Assembly (NCBI RefSeq): GCF_003704095.1
Contig: NW_020846595.1
Location: 372,001-436,000 of the forward strand
Length of the DNA stretch: 64,000 nt
DNA from: Pocillopora damicornis
Taxonomy: Eukaryota
Direction: 5' to 3'
A program made the translations under genes and the position numbers. The notes below the pieces were generated by a model that worked only from the letters and a program-made list of their open reading frames with translations, was not told where the DNA came from and searched no databases. Every line of letters begins with the position of its first letter. Position 1 is the stretch's first letter. Positions 27,901 to 41,659 of the stretch are shown here, piece by piece.

Positions 27901-28624
27901 GTCACACTTAACCTCCGACATTACTCAATATTTGTTTACACTAAAAAAGGCACTAATCCTGCTAAGACCATCATTTTTTTTTTTTTTTGCCTGGATTAGC
28001 TCCATAATTTGTTTTGAAAAATATTTTTGTTTTGCATTGCGTGACGTACAATATATAGTATAGTAGCAATAGCACTTGTTTTGACACTTCGATCAATATT
28101 TAGTAACAAACCCCAATAAAAAGTGAAGTTTTCAAAATTTGATAAAACATCACTTACCTCTCTATTGATGAAAGATTAAGGAACGGTTTCCGAACTACAT
28201 CATTTTCGCATGGAGCATTTACCGTTCCCACCATGCTACACAATTCATTATCAAGCTTGTGGAACTCGCTGATATTTCCTAAATGCTTGATCGAAATTCT
28301 GTCTTTATTCAATATACCAAGAGCTTTTGGTTTCCACTTATCTCCCAATGAAGCCCTCTTTTTACGGCGTAACCGTACAGTATTGTGTATAACACCTTCA
28401 CAGATAGATTCATTGCGACCAAAACAGACAGGGCAATGGCCTACTCCGAGTGATTCTAGCGTTACAATCACGTCTTTTATTTCGTATTCACATCCGACAT
28501 CAATCGGCAAATTTGATTTGATCATCGGTTCAAGGAGAAGATAGGCAAACATCAACAGCACAACGGCAAAAACGGCAACGCGCCATCGCCTTGGTACAAA
28601 ATAACAAATATTTGAACCAGACAT
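24915..28624 (-). CDS. DIPK2A: Divergent protein kinase domain 2A-like (DIA1/C3orf58; Golgi/secretory kinase-like)
   Basis: Exons 28624-28158 (N-terminal TM, CPVCFG), 26497-26341 (CPSERF...VNQEPIIFQ), 26053-25753 (FPSEKGWPFPKFYGACGR...WIERAKLA...DNFAV) and 25210-24915 (DQNYYAVCR...GLLHSPP). These are typical DIPK2 family motifs. Confidence 0.88.
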
Positions 28625-29020
28625 TATCGGAGGTCATGTCGATCAGCTGAGTTGAATCATTGGCTGTGGACTCCAAAAGGCCAGCTTTGAAAAGTGTCAC
28701 CTTGTGTGATTTTTAACATTGCTCCCATTTCAGTCCTTCCCAAATATTCTGCTAGATTCTGTTAAAGTAATTAAATCTTCAGAAACAATAATTGACGTTT
28801 TGAAGTGGAAAATAATTTCGGCGGCAGAAAACGTGTTCTCAAGAAAGCCAACTGCCGACCATATTGCTAACAAGGAGCCAAAAAGAGCCTGGGCTCGAGA
28901 TTGAGGCCTCATCAAAATACACCTGTTTTGATCTGCTCCTGGTGTGAGTCACCGCTTATTTCTGCCCGTTTCAAACATAACCTATTTACACCGCTGTTTT
29001 TCATTATGTCGCCCTAGAAT
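28625..29020. promoter_or_regulatory. Bidirectional promoter/5'UTRs between DIPK2A and SH3BP5-like
   Basis: Divergent start codons ~400 bp apart. Confidence 0.55.
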
Positions 29021-32000
29021 ATGGCTTCAGGTGCCTCGCAGACCTATACAGAGAGTAAAGTGCAATTTCTTAGCGCTGATGGCGATGCTGAAGACGAGGA
29101 AGACAGTGAAGATGTCTTAGATCCCCGAGTGAAGGTAGACAGTTTCTAGACACGTACGGTCAGTTGTTTATCTTAAATGATTACAACACCCTAAAATTTA
29201 CCGTTGTACACATTAATATTTATCTTTTAGTTTTGACTGCCTGGAAAACTACCACAGTAACAGTGTTTCTTTATTACCTACACATGTTTTTCAATTCTAA
29301 TGTGTTCGAGTTTTTTTCGTGATATTTAAACAGGGGGAGTTAGAGCGATTGAACTCTTCGACCGCAGAAATCAATCGTCTGGAACACGATCTTGAGGTAA
29401 GAATATGTATATTAATATCATAACGTGCAGCTTAACGATTAAAATAGTTGTATAAATGCTTGCGTTTATCTTTGATGTACTAGATAGATGCAGACTTACA
29501 TTTATGCAGACGTTGATTCTGAAGGTCGATCGAGCCAAATGTTTCTTTAACGATATTGATTACAATAATTTCATATTGAAGATGTCCATTCTAAATGTCA
29601 CGAGCTTGAACTAGTGTGTATTGTAAAACGTATTCAGCATTGAAGTTAAGGGCTAGCCCTCCGGCCTTTAGCCCACTGGCATTTATTCCGATTCTTTTGC
29701 GAATTGGGCTACATACCAAGGATTTGACTGTATTTGTGGTAAAATATCGAACATCAGAAGTTTCCTAATTATTTGTTATATTGAAGTTGGTTTGGTTACT
29801 GTTAAGAACTCGGTTAAAATTCCGTTGATGAAATGATGATACATACATACATACATATACTTTATTTATACTCGAAATTCACAGTGTAGCTGTAGAGCTA
29901 ATATCTTCGAGAAAATAAGCTAAAATAAAATAAAATATGCTATATTACAATTCCAATATTATTTATAAACTATATAAAACATTATGGAAAACATTAGGAA
30001 AATATAACTTGTGGAAAAGCTTCATATCTGAGGATCTCCTGCTTGAATTCTTGAAAATTTAATGTTTTTCAAGTGTCTGGGAGAGAGTTCCATAATAATA
30101 AGCTGTGGTAACGCAGGCCATGTGTATAAGGGGCATACTTTATTTATTAGTTACCCTACAACTTCATGTTAATGGTCTTCTTTTTTTTTTCGGTATCAAA
30201 TATTATTCCTTTTTGGGTTGGAAAATGGGCTGTCACAATAGTGAGAGCACTTAGCCTCTCACCTGCACAGCAGTCAGGGTTCAATTCCTGCGCATGGCAT
30301 CAATCAAATGTGGTTGATTGTTGTTTTTTGTTAGATCTCATCCTTGCTCCAGGACTTTTTTTCCATATGTTCTTCTTTTCCTACCTCCATAAAGACTAAC
30401 ACTCAAAATTCCAAATTCAACCTGAAGAGCTGCTCCATGGAAGGGCCACTACTTATCAACAATTCCAATTGATTTGCATCATTTATTTTTGCCTTTTTTT
30501 TTTTTTTTTTTTTTTTAATATTCAGGAGCTTCAAGCAACTTTCAGACAGACACTGACAGAGTCAGCATATGTTTTGAAAAGCCAAGCCACCTTTCTTGGA
30601 TCAAAATGTATAGATCGAGCACGGCCGTATTATAATGCAGTACTGAAAGCAAAACAGGTTTGAACTTTTTGACTCTTAAGTACAATCATTAAACCTGAAT
30701 ATTTTATGTGATCTGTAGTAAATATATTGGAATAGGTAACAGCATGATTTCGAGTACTCAATTTTGAGTGCAACAAAATTGCATGCGCCTGTAGGGTAAG
30801 TGCAATTTGTAGTCTTTGAAAAATTACAAGTGCTTATTTACACCAAATTGCATGAGAAATCATGTCATTAACTGTTAATAATTTACATGAAAAACAGACA
30901 AAATTTCAGCAGCGTGTGCGCCGTTTGTAATTTTCACTCATGTTACAACTTTGCACTTGTGTCACACTAAAAGGACACTAATTTCCTGCCAGTCAGATGC
31001 GCATAATTTGTTCATGTATATTATTACAGTCAGTTAACATATGGCATGGACAAGGGTTTCTTCTCTTGTCTAGCTGCCCCACATCTCCATGTCAGTAAGA
31101 CAATAAGTTAAAATGTCCACTTAACCCTCAAACTTCCAAGATCTGATTGCCAATTCTCCCATCTAACTAACAAACATTTCTTCTTAATTGGTTATGAGAA
31201 TTTAGTGTTAGATCAAGATAACTTCTACCTGATATGTTTGAGTATTCTCTTTACCTGATTTTTGGATAATGTATGAATAATTATTACAAGGAGACGTTAC
31301 ATGCTAATCAGTTATAGGAGTTAAGGGTCTAATTACAATTCGAGAACTTGCTTGAGGAATTTTCCAGATTGAAACGTATATGGATTCATCAATGAAATTC
31401 ATGGGAAACAGATTTCAGGGAATATTCATGGCCCATTAATTTTGTTCTCCCAAAACAAATGAATTGTTAGCCCATGAAATGCTGTTTGATTGCAGTTCAT
31501 GGGCATGAAATTCATTCTGATGACTTTCTGGGGAAACTAATGGGTCATGAAAGTAGACTTTGAAGAAATTCATGGGTCATGAAAGTAGGCTTATGAAGAA
31601 ATTCATGGGTCATGAAATTAATTCTGGTGACTTTCATGGCAAATCAATGGGTCATGAAAATAGACTTTGAAGAAATTCATGGGTCATGAAAAATATTCCC
31701 CAAATTCATGGAAAATTCAGGGCTAAAAATAACCCCATGAAATTTCATTTTGCAGTATTCATGGGCAATGAAATTATCTTCATGGGTTTTTCACGTGAAA
31801 TTCATGGAATTTTCATAAAATTACTACAGTTCATAGTGAACCCGAGCGTAAAGTACCCAGGCCAAATGAAAAAACAATTTTTTCTAAGTATAATCTATGT
31901 ATTATTTAATGGTTTTGTATTCAGTGTAAGACAACTTCGTCTTTCTTTTATTAGTCACAGATTGAAACTCAGAAAGCTGCACTAAAATATGAGAGGGCCT

Positions 32001-35000
32001 GTAGCTCACATCAAGCAGCCAAGAAAATGCTGTCCATAGCAGAACAGAAACTTGTCTCCACATCTAAGGAGCATAAAGTTCTGGACCCAACATGGCAAGA
32101 AATGTTAAATCAAGCTGTTCTAAAGGTTGGGGGTCCTGTATAAAATTTGTCTTTTGTTTTACCTGTGAGTAAAAATTTTTTTTGGAAGATTACTCAGTCT
32201 AAAAAAGATCCAATTAAGTCCTGTATAAAATTTGTCTTTTGTTTTACCTGTGAGGAAAAATTTTTTTTTGGAAGATTACTCTAAAAAAGATCCAATTAAG
32301 TCCATTGAGACAAACTTTTTGCATACTACTTAGATAGGAAGTTGATATGTGATGCTTATGCACAAGGATAGTGTCTATGAAGATGGTGAATTTTTTTGCC
32401 TACATTTTAGGTGAAAGAAGTTGTGATTCAGTGACTGACATAACCATGCTTGAGAGAAAGAACTTTTAGAGTTCCCAACTGGTGCATACTCATATGACAC
32501 AGAGAATAACAGCTTTCCACATTGAACTCAAAATTTGTCAATTTCATGATACTACCAACCTTTTTGATCCGAGTAGTGTATTGGGTGCTTGTTACATATA
32601 AACCTGGTCATCGCCTTCACTGCAGTTCACCATCAATTATTTATTAGCTCACTGGTAGACCACTAGAATTTAAATCAGAAGGTCTGGGTTTCTAACCTTA
32701 CGTGATGGAGAGTTTCAATCATTTCTCTTCTATTAATGGTAGGTTATGGAGTCTGATAAAGAGCGAGCTTTGAGTGAAAAAGAACATCTTGAGACAGCAC
32801 AAGCTTTCAGTGAAGCTGGGAGAAAAGTGACAGAATTGAAATCAAAGCTGAATTCTGCTATCAACAAGTCAAGGTACACAATTATTATCATGGTCTTCAC
32901 AAACATGAACTTCTGTTAGATACTGTCAGTTTTAGCCCTTTAACTTCCATGAGTGACCAAGAAAGAATTTCTCCTTACAGTATCAATACAAAATCAACCA
33001 GCTAAGTGATGAGAATAAAGAAAAATATCAATTTTGGGATATTCAGTTGATCCAATACTAAATTCTCTGAACTTCTGGTAACATTATAAGAATTGTATGG
33101 TTGATAGTAAGGAGGATTACAAATTTTATCTGGGAGTTAAAGGATTAAACCCAGAAGAAACAGTTGATTTAGGTGATCATTGAGATGAGAGGAATTCTGT
33201 AAAGGATTATTTTTCAGTATTAGGGACTGATGTCTCGACAACTTGAGCTAAAGTCTACTGCCATTGTTAGAGACTATCAGTACCAATGATTGTAATGATG
33301 ACCTTCACATGAAGTTGTTGAAATGTCAGGCACTTTCACTGATATTAGTACCTTTTAGTACCTGATCTACCTATAGCAATTTCTCCTTAAAACCAGACTA
33401 ATTTTTTCCTCTCTTCACTTCTAGGCCATATTTTGATTTGAAGATGAAGTATGATCAAATATTAGAGGTACTCATTAACTGTAAACATTCCTTGCAAATA
33501 AAACCGGATTAGTAATGAATTTCACTCACATGTAACATGATAGTTCATAGCATTTTTGTCTCTTTGAGTAACATCACCTATCACCATCACCCTGAACTTT
33601 AATACATGTGTATCTGTCCAGAAACTGTCTGGAAACATTAATAATGTTTCCATTGTCCACTTGATGTAATGAGACACTAATGATAGCAGTGGTGTAACCT
33701 TTCAAAAATGTTGACTTGCTACTTTTGCTTTAAGTTATCTCTGAAGTAAGCTTACTAATCTGAGATTACAGCAACAATTTGTGCAGGGTATAACAAAATT
33801 AAAGGGGAAATTCAGAGCCACCCATAAATTATCAAATAGAAATAATTTACTATGTTTTTGTGCTGCAAATGATTTGTTCAGGAATGTTTTGGGAATTTCA
33901 CGTACATGTTATGTACATCCCAGCTATTATCAGCTTGCAACAAATCAAATAAATTGTCCACCCTCTTATGATTTAGCCAAATTTATTTGTATTAATAGTT
34001 GTTCTTCTCACTAGGCACACAAGCATCAAGTTGAAATCACACAAGCAAGTCTTCAGGAGGCAAAACAAAAATACTCAGTTGCCCTGAAGAACTTAGAAGG
34101 CATCAGTGAAGAAATCCATGAAATGAGACGCAGCAGAGAGAGCCTAGATGCCCTTTTACTTGAGCGAGAGGAGGGGGTTGGGGCAGAGTCCCCTGATGAC
34201 ACAGATTTAACGAACTTGGAAGGTGGGACTATGCTGCAAATAAAACCATCTTATGGGTTCAAGATAGCAATAGTTTCGTCCACAAAAGAGGCAGAACTTG
34301 AAAACAGTGGGTTGATTGTGGGCGAGCGAGATGGTGACCCAGAGGGTTGTAACTCTCTTGATGAACAGAAGGGGAGTAAAAAGCTTCAAGAATCATTTAC
34401 CAAGGACATCAGTGAATCTGAGGTGTCTGTTGTATGCCAAGGTGAAAATAGTCCAACAGGCTCTTCTGAGGATGTTGAAAAGGGAAGAAACATGGGACAA
34501 CATTTCTCTAATTGTGATTCCAAACCTTCAGTACCAGATGAAAAATGGACTGTTGTACAAGTTGATAGTTGTGCGAGTGCATCTCAGGACACAATGGAAG
34601 CAAGTGAGTTTTCTGATAACAAAGAAGTTGAATGTGGTTTAGAGGTACAGGTTGTGGCTGACCAAGGTAGCAGAAGGAGTGATGATGAAAAATGTTTTAA
34701 GGCATTGACAAATCAACTGTTTGATTTTGAGAATCAGAACTTGAATAAGGAGATGAATAAAGATGATCAGGAAAGCCAGGTACATGAAGAAGCTACACAA
34801 GAATCAGCTTCCACATTGCAAGACCTCAAGTTAAGGAAGGCTACAGAGAATACATATGATGTAGATAATTCTGTCAAATCTGCAGAAGGATGTGAAAGTA
34901 ACAGTACATCAGCAAGACAAGGAAATATTGAAAGCAAAACTTCATCAGAAGTGCAAGGTCTAGTCAGTGAGGAAGACTCTGTAGATGTTACTAAGAATGG

Positions 35001-35079
35001 GCAAACTGATTATGAAAGTGAAGTTGTTAATAAAGAGGTTACCAATGATAATAGCCACATGGATTTGGATGTGATGTAA
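29021..35079 (+). CDS. SH3BP5: SH3 domain-binding protein 5 family (SH3BP5/SH3BP5L/parcas, Rab11 GEF)
   Basis: Exons 29021-29134 (LDPRVK), 29334-29396 (ELERLNSSTAEINRLE), 30526-30657 (LGSKCIDRARPYY), 31955-32125 (AALKYERA...DPTWQEMLNQA), 32743-32873 (AINKSR), 33425-33467 (PYFDLK) and 34015-35079 (YSVALKNLEGISEEIHEMR plus an acidic tail). Confidence 0.92.
29840..30135 (-). mobile_element. Degenerate 3' end of a CR1/L2-type LINE with a (TGTA)n tail
   Basis: The minus strand shows a decayed THGL..Y..(W)NSLP...FQEFK ORF2 C-terminus, then AATAAA and a (TATG)n microsatellite tail. Confidence 0.55.
30225..30420 (+). mobile_element. Decayed tRNA-derived SINE-like fragment (related fragment at ~7005-7170)
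   Basis: A-box-like AGTGAGAGCACT..CCTCTCACC and B-box-like GGGTTCAATTCC, followed by a shared-type body. Confidence 0.45.
31385..31835. repeat. Array of ATTCATGGGTCATGAAA-like units in both orientations (foldback/minisatellite element)
   Basis: More than 10 CATGG/CATGAAA units, including near-exact 30-60 bp repeats at 31500-31690. Confidence 0.8.
32132..32302. repeat. Tandem duplication of a ~86-bp unit just after an SH3BP5 donor site
   Basis: GTCCTGTATAAAATTTGTCTTTTGTTTTACCTGTGAG...AAAAAAGATCCAATTAA occurs twice. Confidence 0.9.
32931..33148. mobile_element. TTAA MITE copy (opposite orientation)
   Basis: TTAGCCCTTTAACTTCCATGAGTGACCAAGA...GGGAGTTAAAGGATTAA. Confidence 0.75.
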
Positions 35080-35321
35080 GAACCAGATAATTGAGCTCAA
35101 TACAATTTGGTGAGAAAGATAAGTAAGACTGTTCAAAATTTGACAACTTACCAAATGCGATTAAAGCATGTTTAAAGCAAAGGGCTCTTTTAAAATGATT
35201 TTACATGTTATTTGGATGGCAAAGGCAATTTAGTTTGAGTTTCTTTGCTCTAAGTTAAGCTTAACACTTAAATTGATTTGTTCAGCTTGCTGCCAAGGCA
35301 TTTAATTTAGTAAATTCAGTA

Positions 35322-35535
35322 TTAACCCTGTAACTCCCACGATCTGATTGTCAATTCTTCTCTCCAGCTGTAACACATTTCCTTGTAAATAAGTAGCAAC
35401 AAGAATTTGGTGTTAGATCAAGACGACAACTTCTACATGATATGTTTGAGTATTCTCATTAGCTTTTTACTGGATCATGTATGGATGTTACAGGGAGAAA
35501 TTAGATGTTAATCACTTCTGCAAACTAAAGGTTTC
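35322..35535. mobile_element. TTAA MITE, third subfamily (related copies at ~31121-31330 and partial ~13477-13640)
   Basis: TTAACCCT..AACT.CC..GATCTG.TTG..AATTCT and GTTTGAGTATTCTC are shared among the copies. Confidence 0.68.
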
Positions 35536-36690
35536 AGGGTCATTCTAAATGCGTTTTGGTTTGCACAACAACACTCAGTCACCTGAAGACAGCTTGTATT
35601 ACATTTTAGTATTTTTAGAAATGCGGAAAGTTGACAACTACCTTTGCAGTGCAATACATAATTTTGATCATCTCTTTGTAACTCATTCATGAAAGGTCAA
35701 ATCCACATTAACTGTTTTTTCTCCTAATATTTATTCAAAGACCAGAAAGTCTTTCTTAAGTGGTATTTTAAAACTTTATAACTGGAGTCCCTTTTTTTGT
35801 AGATATTTATTAATATATATTTAACATGTAACTTAGTGTACTTGGGCATGCTATGGGTGAAGAACCATTTTAAGACTGATGTGGGTGATTTAATTACATA
35901 TAAAGCCAGGCACTAGCTTTACTGCATGCGAGAAGAAGACATATTTCACAAGGTCTGGGCAAATGCAATAGAAGGATGTAGAGTTCCCTCTGTAGACAGC
36001 AAGGGCATGTTTTTTTTTAACTGCAAAGATAATATATTTTAAACTTTTTTTTTTCCAACATGATTGGTTTCTGGAGACAACTGCATCGGCTTTAAGTTAA
36101 GCAAATATTTATATTTATTGTAAGTTGACAAAGGAAGTCACTAATTGCATCTAAAAGTTGAGATATCAGTTAGCAAATCAAAGTTGAAAATGTTGTACAA
36201 CATGAAAAGACTGTAAGTTAAAATAGTTAGTGGAAGTTAGAACAGTCTTAATTAATGAGAAGGTTCTTATTAGCAAAGCTTGGTATAAACTGCTTTTACT
36301 TAGTTAAACATCATAATAAACAGAAAGTGTTCTTCACACTGTCCAATATTTCTTTCACTTAACAGAAATACACCAGTTGGATTTTGGGGTTATATGCTAA
36401 TTTTTTGCACATATCATTCATCTCTGACTCCACTTTTACAGTTTTATTGAACGAAAGGCCCTTTGAGAGTACTCACAAACCTTTCCAATTTTTGGATATT
36501 GTCCATTCAAGGCAGACCACTAACAGTTTTCTGTGAATATGTTCAGAGACTCGCGCTTTTAAAACAACTTTATTTAACAGATCAGTGAAAACAATTTATA
36601 GTTAACAAACTGCAAAAACAACTTGAAGTTTTATTTCCTGATCTCTACCATTTTACAGTTTACATGTTCAGCAGATCAAAGGTGGTTGTT

Positions 36691-39600
36691 TCAATTCAAC
36701 TGCCCACAATCTGATATTGCTACTGGCTTTGCTGTTTTGCCAGATTGAGAACCTATCGCTTCCATTTTCCTGACGACATCCATACCCTCCACAACGCTTC
36801 CAAACACAACATGTTTGCCATCCAGCCATGTAGTTTTAGCGGTGCAAATAAAAAACTGTGATCCATTGGTGTTGGCGCCAGCATTGGCCATAGATAGGAT
36901 CCCTAAAATTAAGTATTAATTAACAAACAAAATAAACAAAAGAAAACAAGATACTTTAAAATATATTTTAAGTCTAAGAAAATTAAATCTCACCTTAAAC
37001 ATAAACAAAATCAGAGCAAACACTTACCAGCACCAGTATGCTTTAAGGAAAAGTTTTCATCAGCAAACTTTTCACCATAAATGGATTTGCCACCAGTTCC
37101 ATTGCCATTAGTAAAATCTCCACCCTAGTTAAATATAATGGTTAAAGAAAGTTACATGTGTACATAATGTGCTCAACAGTTGTTTATCCATTACATGATG
37201 GCTGTATCCTTTTAATTCCATTTTTTCATACTGAATGCATGGCTGTCCAAGGGCATTTACAACCTAGCACCATAAATATACTATATTTAAAGAAAATTTG
37301 GGAAGCAGATCCTTAAAATTAAAGAGAAGTGCCTAAGGAGGTTGAAAAGGCTGGCTGGATTTTGATTCCTATCTCAAGAAATTTGCAAATCTGACCAATT
37401 TTTGGCCAAGAAATTCCCAACATGAAAAGGCTGCATTTGCTCTTTATCTATAAATCAATATATAACAACTTGTACCCTATCAGAGACATACTATAACTCA
37501 CTCAATAAGCTACAGTCTGACAGAGACAGTCAAAATCTTAATGTTGAATAAGCTCTTGACATGCATAGAAAGAAGGACATTATGTCTAGAAAACTCATCA
37601 GTATCTGATTTTTTAATTAGCATTTGACTTCTTAATGTTGAAAACCCTTGAACTTCTCTACAACAACAACCTTAAAATAACCAGTGTAAAGAAGAGACTG
37701 TTATGGCAAGGAAGGGGTGTGTACGACAGAAACAATTTTGAACAAATTAAGGGTTACTGTGTGGGACACTTGCTGGGACAAATGAGGAGGTTACTGTGGA
37801 AAGGTGGCCATGAGGGGAAGATCAACTTAATGAGCATAAAAAATGATTTACAGTTTAGTGTTAATAAGAATTGGGTAAGATAATATTTATATTTGTAACT
37901 AAAGCAGTAACAGAAACTTACCTGACACATAAACCCGGGAATGATTCGATGGAATTTACTTCCTTTGTAGCCAAATCCCTTCTCACCAGTGCACAGTGCA
38001 CGGAAGTTCTCTAAAAAGGAATATCATTTAAAAAAAAACATACAATAGCTAAAACTGGGTGAGTCAAAGACAGACCTGTTCAACCCCCTGATCATAGCTT
38101 ATTGGTATCATGAACTTCACTGAACTTCCATACACTAAGCATCACCCAGTCAATAGTGCACCAATAAAAATGGGCACCCAAAGGGTACAAGGGTGTATGT
38201 TGCTCTTCGTTTTTACAATGGGTCTCAAATATCCTCTTATGAGGCTCAGCTCTCCAAGTGGACTTTCTCAAGTGCTGCTTTTAGTTAAAGGGGGCCCTTA
38301 AATACAAGGCAAACCCATACAGGGTTCATTTTGCTGAGCTAAAGGTGATGTGGCTGGAAGCAATCAAGGGTGATGTGACTCATGAAACCAGTAGTGCAGC
38401 CATGACATGTTACCAATTACTAGTAGACTGTTACTTCAGACCAGAAAAAAGCTACCAGCATTAGGCTTATCCCTGAGTAAATAGGTCATTGAATGCTGTA
38501 ATAAATGTAATGATTGTGCACCTAAAATCAAAATTACCACTTTCCTGATGAAATTGAGTTTGACTCTTATAAAAGCACCCAAAAGTAAATGATGCGAACA
38601 AACATAAAATTTTAAGTGGCTGTGGGCTACTGAACTCAGAAAAGGAATTATAAAGGGATGAAATATTAAGGCCACTGAATTAAAACTTTTGGTCCATTCA
38701 CTGACAGCACGTGGTTTGTCTCAAATCACATTTGCTCCCTTGGCACAGAAGGTTGTGCCTCTCCTCGCAAGTAAAGGGCCAGGATTCAACTCAAGACAGT
38801 AGCAAAATATTTTTTTCTCTTTCTTTTTCCTTTTGTTCCCCTGTTTTTAAATGTATTCTTCAAAAGCATGTTTTTTCTGTTTTCATCCAGAACGTCACCT
38901 TTTTCTGAGCAGAAATCAGCATTCAAGAAGCCAATTACCAAAGCAAATTGTTTGTCTTTCCTCTTCTGCTCTTGGAAAAAAGGTGTGGTTTTAAACATTT
39001 AAGAATATAGTTCATCAATATTTCGTTTTTTTGGCGATCAAGTGTTCAAATTCTGGATTGACAAGGTTTTAAAACAAGGCCTACAAATACTGAAATGTTA
39101 GACAACTTGTCACCCTTGAAAGTAATTTATCCAAGCACCTTGTATGCGCAGAATTTGTTTAAACCTTGTTTCAGACCTTATGCACTCAGTCTTAATTTTC
39201 ATCAATTTTCAGCCATTAGTAAAATTATCTGGTCTCAGATCTTAGCTGTTGGTTAAGTACACATTCTTCCTCAGCAGACTGCTATCAGCTGAGCCCCAAG
39301 CAGGAACTTAAAATGAACACGCAAAATCCCTATACACTAGCGGGTAAATAGTTGACAGGAGTGGAAAGGAGTGACTAAGTGATGGTTTCAAGGAGTGAAA
39401 TTTGCTTTCTGCCATTCTCCCAAATAAGTTACTGTAACAATGTCTGCATGTGTAAGGCCGCTAAAAATGATAGGAATGTTCACAGTCTGACTCCATGACA
39501 AGGAGTCTACATTGCCTTGAGCACCATTGACTCAGAAACTAAAAAAACCATTGGATTACTGTAGGCCTTGGCAAGAAAGACTAACCCTTACAAATTCTTC

Positions 39601-40547
39601 TCGCTTAAACATTGCTCAGACTCCAGCTTCAAAATCAAAGACGTCACAACAGCCAATCAGAGCGATGATAAAAGATCTTAAGGTGACAATCAGAATTCGC
39701 ACGAAAAGCGAGCAATCTGTACATGTGAGTGACCTAGCCAATTAGCTCTAGTTTTGCATCCACTTGGTTGAAAGATTAACACGAGTTTTCTCATCCGATC
39801 ATGCAGCATCGTAAAGCAAAGCTCGTTCCATCCTGCATTCGTTTAACCACTCCTTTGAAAAACTGCTCTAATTTCATCGATAGTTAAGAGGAGGGACTGA
39901 AATGTGTCTAAATTAATCCTCAAATTTGCTCAGTGAATTTTCCGGGAAGGAATTCTATTTCTCGACTTGGGAAGAGACTCTTGAATTGGTTTCTCAAAAT
40001 TAACAGTACCATCTGGGAAAATACAACAAGACCCAACAACACGTGCCGTGAAGTTTTCACCTGACTGGTGCAAATTTTTTTGAGCGAAACGACAAAATCC
40101 TGTTTCACTCAGGATGAGATGACTAATTTTGACGTTTGTAGTTAAGTTTGTTCAATTACGAGCTCTTCCAGGAAATTCAACGGCAGCAACACGTGAAATT
40201 TGACTGATCGGAGTTGTTTCGTGCAAACGATTAAACTTATTATCTATTACCTTACAGTCAACTAGGAAACAAAATAAAATTAAATTTTGCACAAACCTGC
40301 AGTCTTGGGAACTGCATCGTTTCTGAGCTGTTAAAAGAACGGTAAGAAAACGATTAATTGGAAAAAATAGGATGAAGAGAAGTACAGAGAGACCTTTTCG
40401 TTTTAAGATACCGAAGCTTTTGTCTGACAACGCTTTCTAGTACTGTCGAATATTGCAGAAGATTGTTCAGTCGTTTACCTCCATCACAACTCGTCCGGCT
40501 GAACTTCCGCCGATGGTGATATCGAAAAAAACTCTTGGCTTTGACAT
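36691..40547 (-). CDS. PPIA: Peptidyl-prolyl cis-trans isomerase (cyclophilin A)
   Basis: Exons 40547-40479 ([23 protein letters not shown]), 40327-40297 (VPKTA), 38010-37922 ([30 protein letters not shown]), 37124-37028 ([17 protein letters not shown]) and 36902-36691 ([27 protein letters not shown]). Confidence 0.96.
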
Positions 40548-41659
40548 TGCTGAGCTTACAAGACGACGAGACGAAGATAATAAATTCGCCAGAATAGGTC
40601 GAGTAAATCTTCAGAAAACGGAAGACGAAGTAGGGCGTAAGATAAGAGCGGGATCTTTCTATCACGTGGTGTTACATAGCGACCTCCCCTATCCCCAACA
40701 CAATTAGAATGCTGAAATTTTACTGGGACAGAATACAATGGTTGTCAGTTTTGGGAAAATGACAGGTAAGGTTATTTTTGTAGACAATAAGAAATAAGAC
40801 TATGCAATACTAAGCTCTCGTTCTCTTTAGTTTGTTTTTTTTTTTAATCCGTATCTGTTTCCCACCGAAGTTGTGCTGCAAAGCGAAAAAAAAAGAGAGA
40901 TCTAACGAAAGTTTCAAATTTCTGTGGGGTTTTCCATCTCTTGACCCTGTTTTCATTTTAAAATCTCGTTACGTTCATGTAATGAGCTCCTGTTACTGAT
41001 ATTCATTCAAGTAATAGTCACCAGAGGAGCCACGCAAAATGTTAAATATGCTCGGGATTATTGCTGCACACAATATTCATAGTTTATTAGTTATTCAAGA
41101 ATCCGATCAAAGATGCACTTTGGCCTGCAGATTTTTTTTCAAAGAAATGAACAGCAAAGCTGCGAGAGGCTTGGGACAGAAGATAGTTTTGAAAACTCGC
41201 AGCATCTTTGCCCATCCAACGCACACAAAACCGTGACGCGCACGCAAAACTGCCAGCTACGCACGCTAGGTAGAGTAAGTTCCCTTTAACCTATTTCTCC
41301 CCTTACTCTTCTCAAATCATGGTCAGATTGTTTAGTAAAACAATCATAGCGTGCATTCTGAAGCTCCGAGCGTCCAGCCCGTTGAAAAAACAATGTTGTG
41401 TATCTTCAGTTCTCCTCGTGCCGGTGATGACAGTCCTAGTTAGCGCGCGCCGTTACCAAAATAGAAAATAACTCCTCAAGGCGCATTTTCCTTCTACCCT
41501 TTTTTGTTTGTTTATTTATTTGTTTGTTTTTCACAAATAAGTAATGACAAATGATAAAGTAAGTTCGCTGAAGACGACATGTGTGGGTTGTATTTTGTAA
41601 TAAGGCATAGCACAGGACTTCATGTAACGAAATGAGTTCTGTGAAGGTTTATCTCCCGT

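Noticed and set aside
31385-31835. Repeat array as a CRISPR-like locus
   Set aside because: Eukaryotic intron, degenerate units in both orientations, no unique spacers and no cas genes.
38345-38460. Two hairpins ending in ACA in PPIA intron 2 (minus strand), H/ACA-like
   Set aside because: No ANANNA H box in the hinge and a weak upper stem.
39921-40078. Possible box C/D snoRNA in PPIA intron 2 (minus strand; AAATTTGC/GCAAATTT stem, CTGA next to the 3' stem)
   Set aside because: No RTGATGA box C at the 5' end and no rRNA guide identified.
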